From assembly GCA_020847395.1 (NCBI GenBank), contig JADLCD010000107.1, positions 1,108 to 65,107 on the forward strand: DNA of 64,000 nt, in the 5' to 3' direction. This DNA is from Chitinophagaceae bacterium. Lineage in GTDB: Bacteria > Bacteroidota > Bacteroidia > Chitinophagales > Chitinophagaceae. This document shows positions 63,176-64,000 of the stretch, in pieces. Under the pieces are notes generated by a model, which did no database searches, was not told the DNA's origin, and saw only the letters and a list, made by a program, of their open reading frames with translations. Every line of letters starts with the position of its first letter. Position 1 is the stretch's first letter. A program made the position numbers and the translations under genes.

Positions 63176-64000
63176 TTCAATTCCTGCTTATAACGTTCAG
63201 CATTAGTAATATCCAATCGTTGGAGCAACTCTGAAGCCCGGGTACGTTCCTGGGGTGGAGATTTTTTAAACACTTTAGATAACTCATCATTTTTTCCAAG
63301 AAAAAAGAACTGAATTCCGAACAGGTTTGGATTATCAGTATTCAAAGTATTCAGGTTATTGAGCCCGTTGAGTATTTGCTGCCTCGCCTGGTTTTCATCT
63401 TCATACATTTTATCCATACCAAGCCGGTAATACGTATAATAAGTGTCGTGCAGCAAGGTGTACTTGCTGTTATTAAAATTCTCTGCAAGCCAATACCTGT
63501 TACGTTGCCCGTCAAAAGCTTTCCAGCCTGTAATATTCCGCCCATCGGGAGCATTAGTAACAATACTTTGCGCTTTCTTAAAAAATTGATCGCCGCCACG
63601 TGCAGAAAAAGAATCATAATCAAGGCCGAGAATCATATAAACATAATACGCAAATACAGCAGTCAGGTTTGATGCCGCAGGATCTGTACCCATAACGTTA
63701 TTCTCGCTGAACTCTACTTGTTGAAATTCTATATACTTAAAGGTTACCTCATTATCCTGGTAATTTAAGATAGGAGAAACATATGCACTATTATAAACAG
63801 GCCTGCCTGCCTGCACGGTTAATACAGCGCCATACACGTTTGTCTCAACATCTTTTGTAAGCGTTAAAAGAAAATTACAGGCAATTTTTTCCTGTTGCTG
63901 GTAACTATCATTTGTCCACTTTCGGTTATTCAAAAAATTGGTAAGTGCGGTTTGTAATGTTTGAAACGCTTTTTTATCAACCGTACTTTTAATTTGAGAT
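63172..64000 (-). CDS. DUF4835 family protein (PorD-like, T9SS-associated in recent annotations, from memory). The 5' end lies outside the window.
   Basis: The frame stays open to base 64000 (…SQIKSTVDKKAFQTLQTALTNFLNNRKWTNDSY…), so the TTG given as the start in the ORF track is internal. The core ...LTVQAGRPVYNS.Y.SP and DPAASNLTAVFAYYVYMILGLDYDSF is DUF4835-like. Confidence 0.7.
   Translation of the reverse strand, partial: SQIKSTVDKKAFQTLQTALTNFLNNRKWTNDSYQQQEKIACNFLLTLTKDVETNVYGAVLTVQAGRPVYNSAYVSPILNYQDNEVTFKYIEFQQVEFSENNVMGTDPAASNLTAVFAYYVYMILGLDYDSFSARGGDQFFKKAQSIVTNAPDGRNITGWKAFDGQRNRYWLAENFNNSKYTLLHDTYYTYYRLGMDKMYEDENQARQQILNGLNNLNTLNTDNPNLFGIQFFFLGKNDELSKVFKKSPPQERTRASELLQRLDITNAERYKQELK

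Overview
This 64-kb window looks like a chromosomal segment of a Bacteroidota genome, probably Chitinophagia or Sphingobacteriia. That assignment is an inference from gldD-gldE, a DUF4835/PorD-like gene, GH20 hexosaminidases, futalosine-pathway genes and AT-rich spacers. I saw no rRNA, tRNA, CRISPR array, transposase or integrase.

Gene content, left to right:
- 1-14 kb: ComEC (5' end outside the window), purH, an EamA transporter, an SRPBCC protein, a deacetylase-like protein, DUF3109, gldD-gldE-ssb-mutY, HU, a TPR protein, an unannotated 31-codon basic protein (bS22/AURKAIP1-like), and an RNase E/G.
- 14-20 kb: an orphan GH24 lysozyme, gdhA, carB.
- 20-34 kb: a complete 14-subunit complex I operon, nuoA to nuoN, on the minus strand (34403 to 19902).
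- 34-48 kb: TPR and PstS-like lipoproteins, an alpha/beta hydrolase, DUF4397, two GH20 enzymes, YihY, GntP.
- 48-57 kb: mqnE-like, DUF1801, GyrI-like, YafY, folE, two tandem PTPS paralogues, mqnB, mqnD, pnuC plus a truncated nadR-like remnant, a photolyase, a class IV aminotransferase.
- 57-64 kb: an AT-rich signalling locus, then a hypothetical protein, DUF4296 and DUF4835.

Most unusual observations:
1. The nuo operon is interrupted by two co-oriented foreign genes. A GxxExxY (PD-(D/E)XK-like) gene lies between nuoF and nuoG and is bracketed by a duplicated half of an 86-bp palindromic element. A secreted NTF2/DUF4440-like gene lies between nuoE and nuoF.
2. Several families of short structured intergenic repeats recur across the window. 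These include related spacer modules (about 95-105 bp) inside the nuo operon.
3. At 57.2-62.0 kb, a four-gene operon encodes an unknown 123-aa protein, a stand-alone 7-TM protein, a sensorless HisKA_3 kinase and a NarL-type regulator. It faces two further paralogous orphan regulators across a 717-bp AT-rich region that carries perfect palindromes. I consider this the best candidate for an undescribed signalling system.

All functional calls rest on motif and family recognition by eye. No database search was run.
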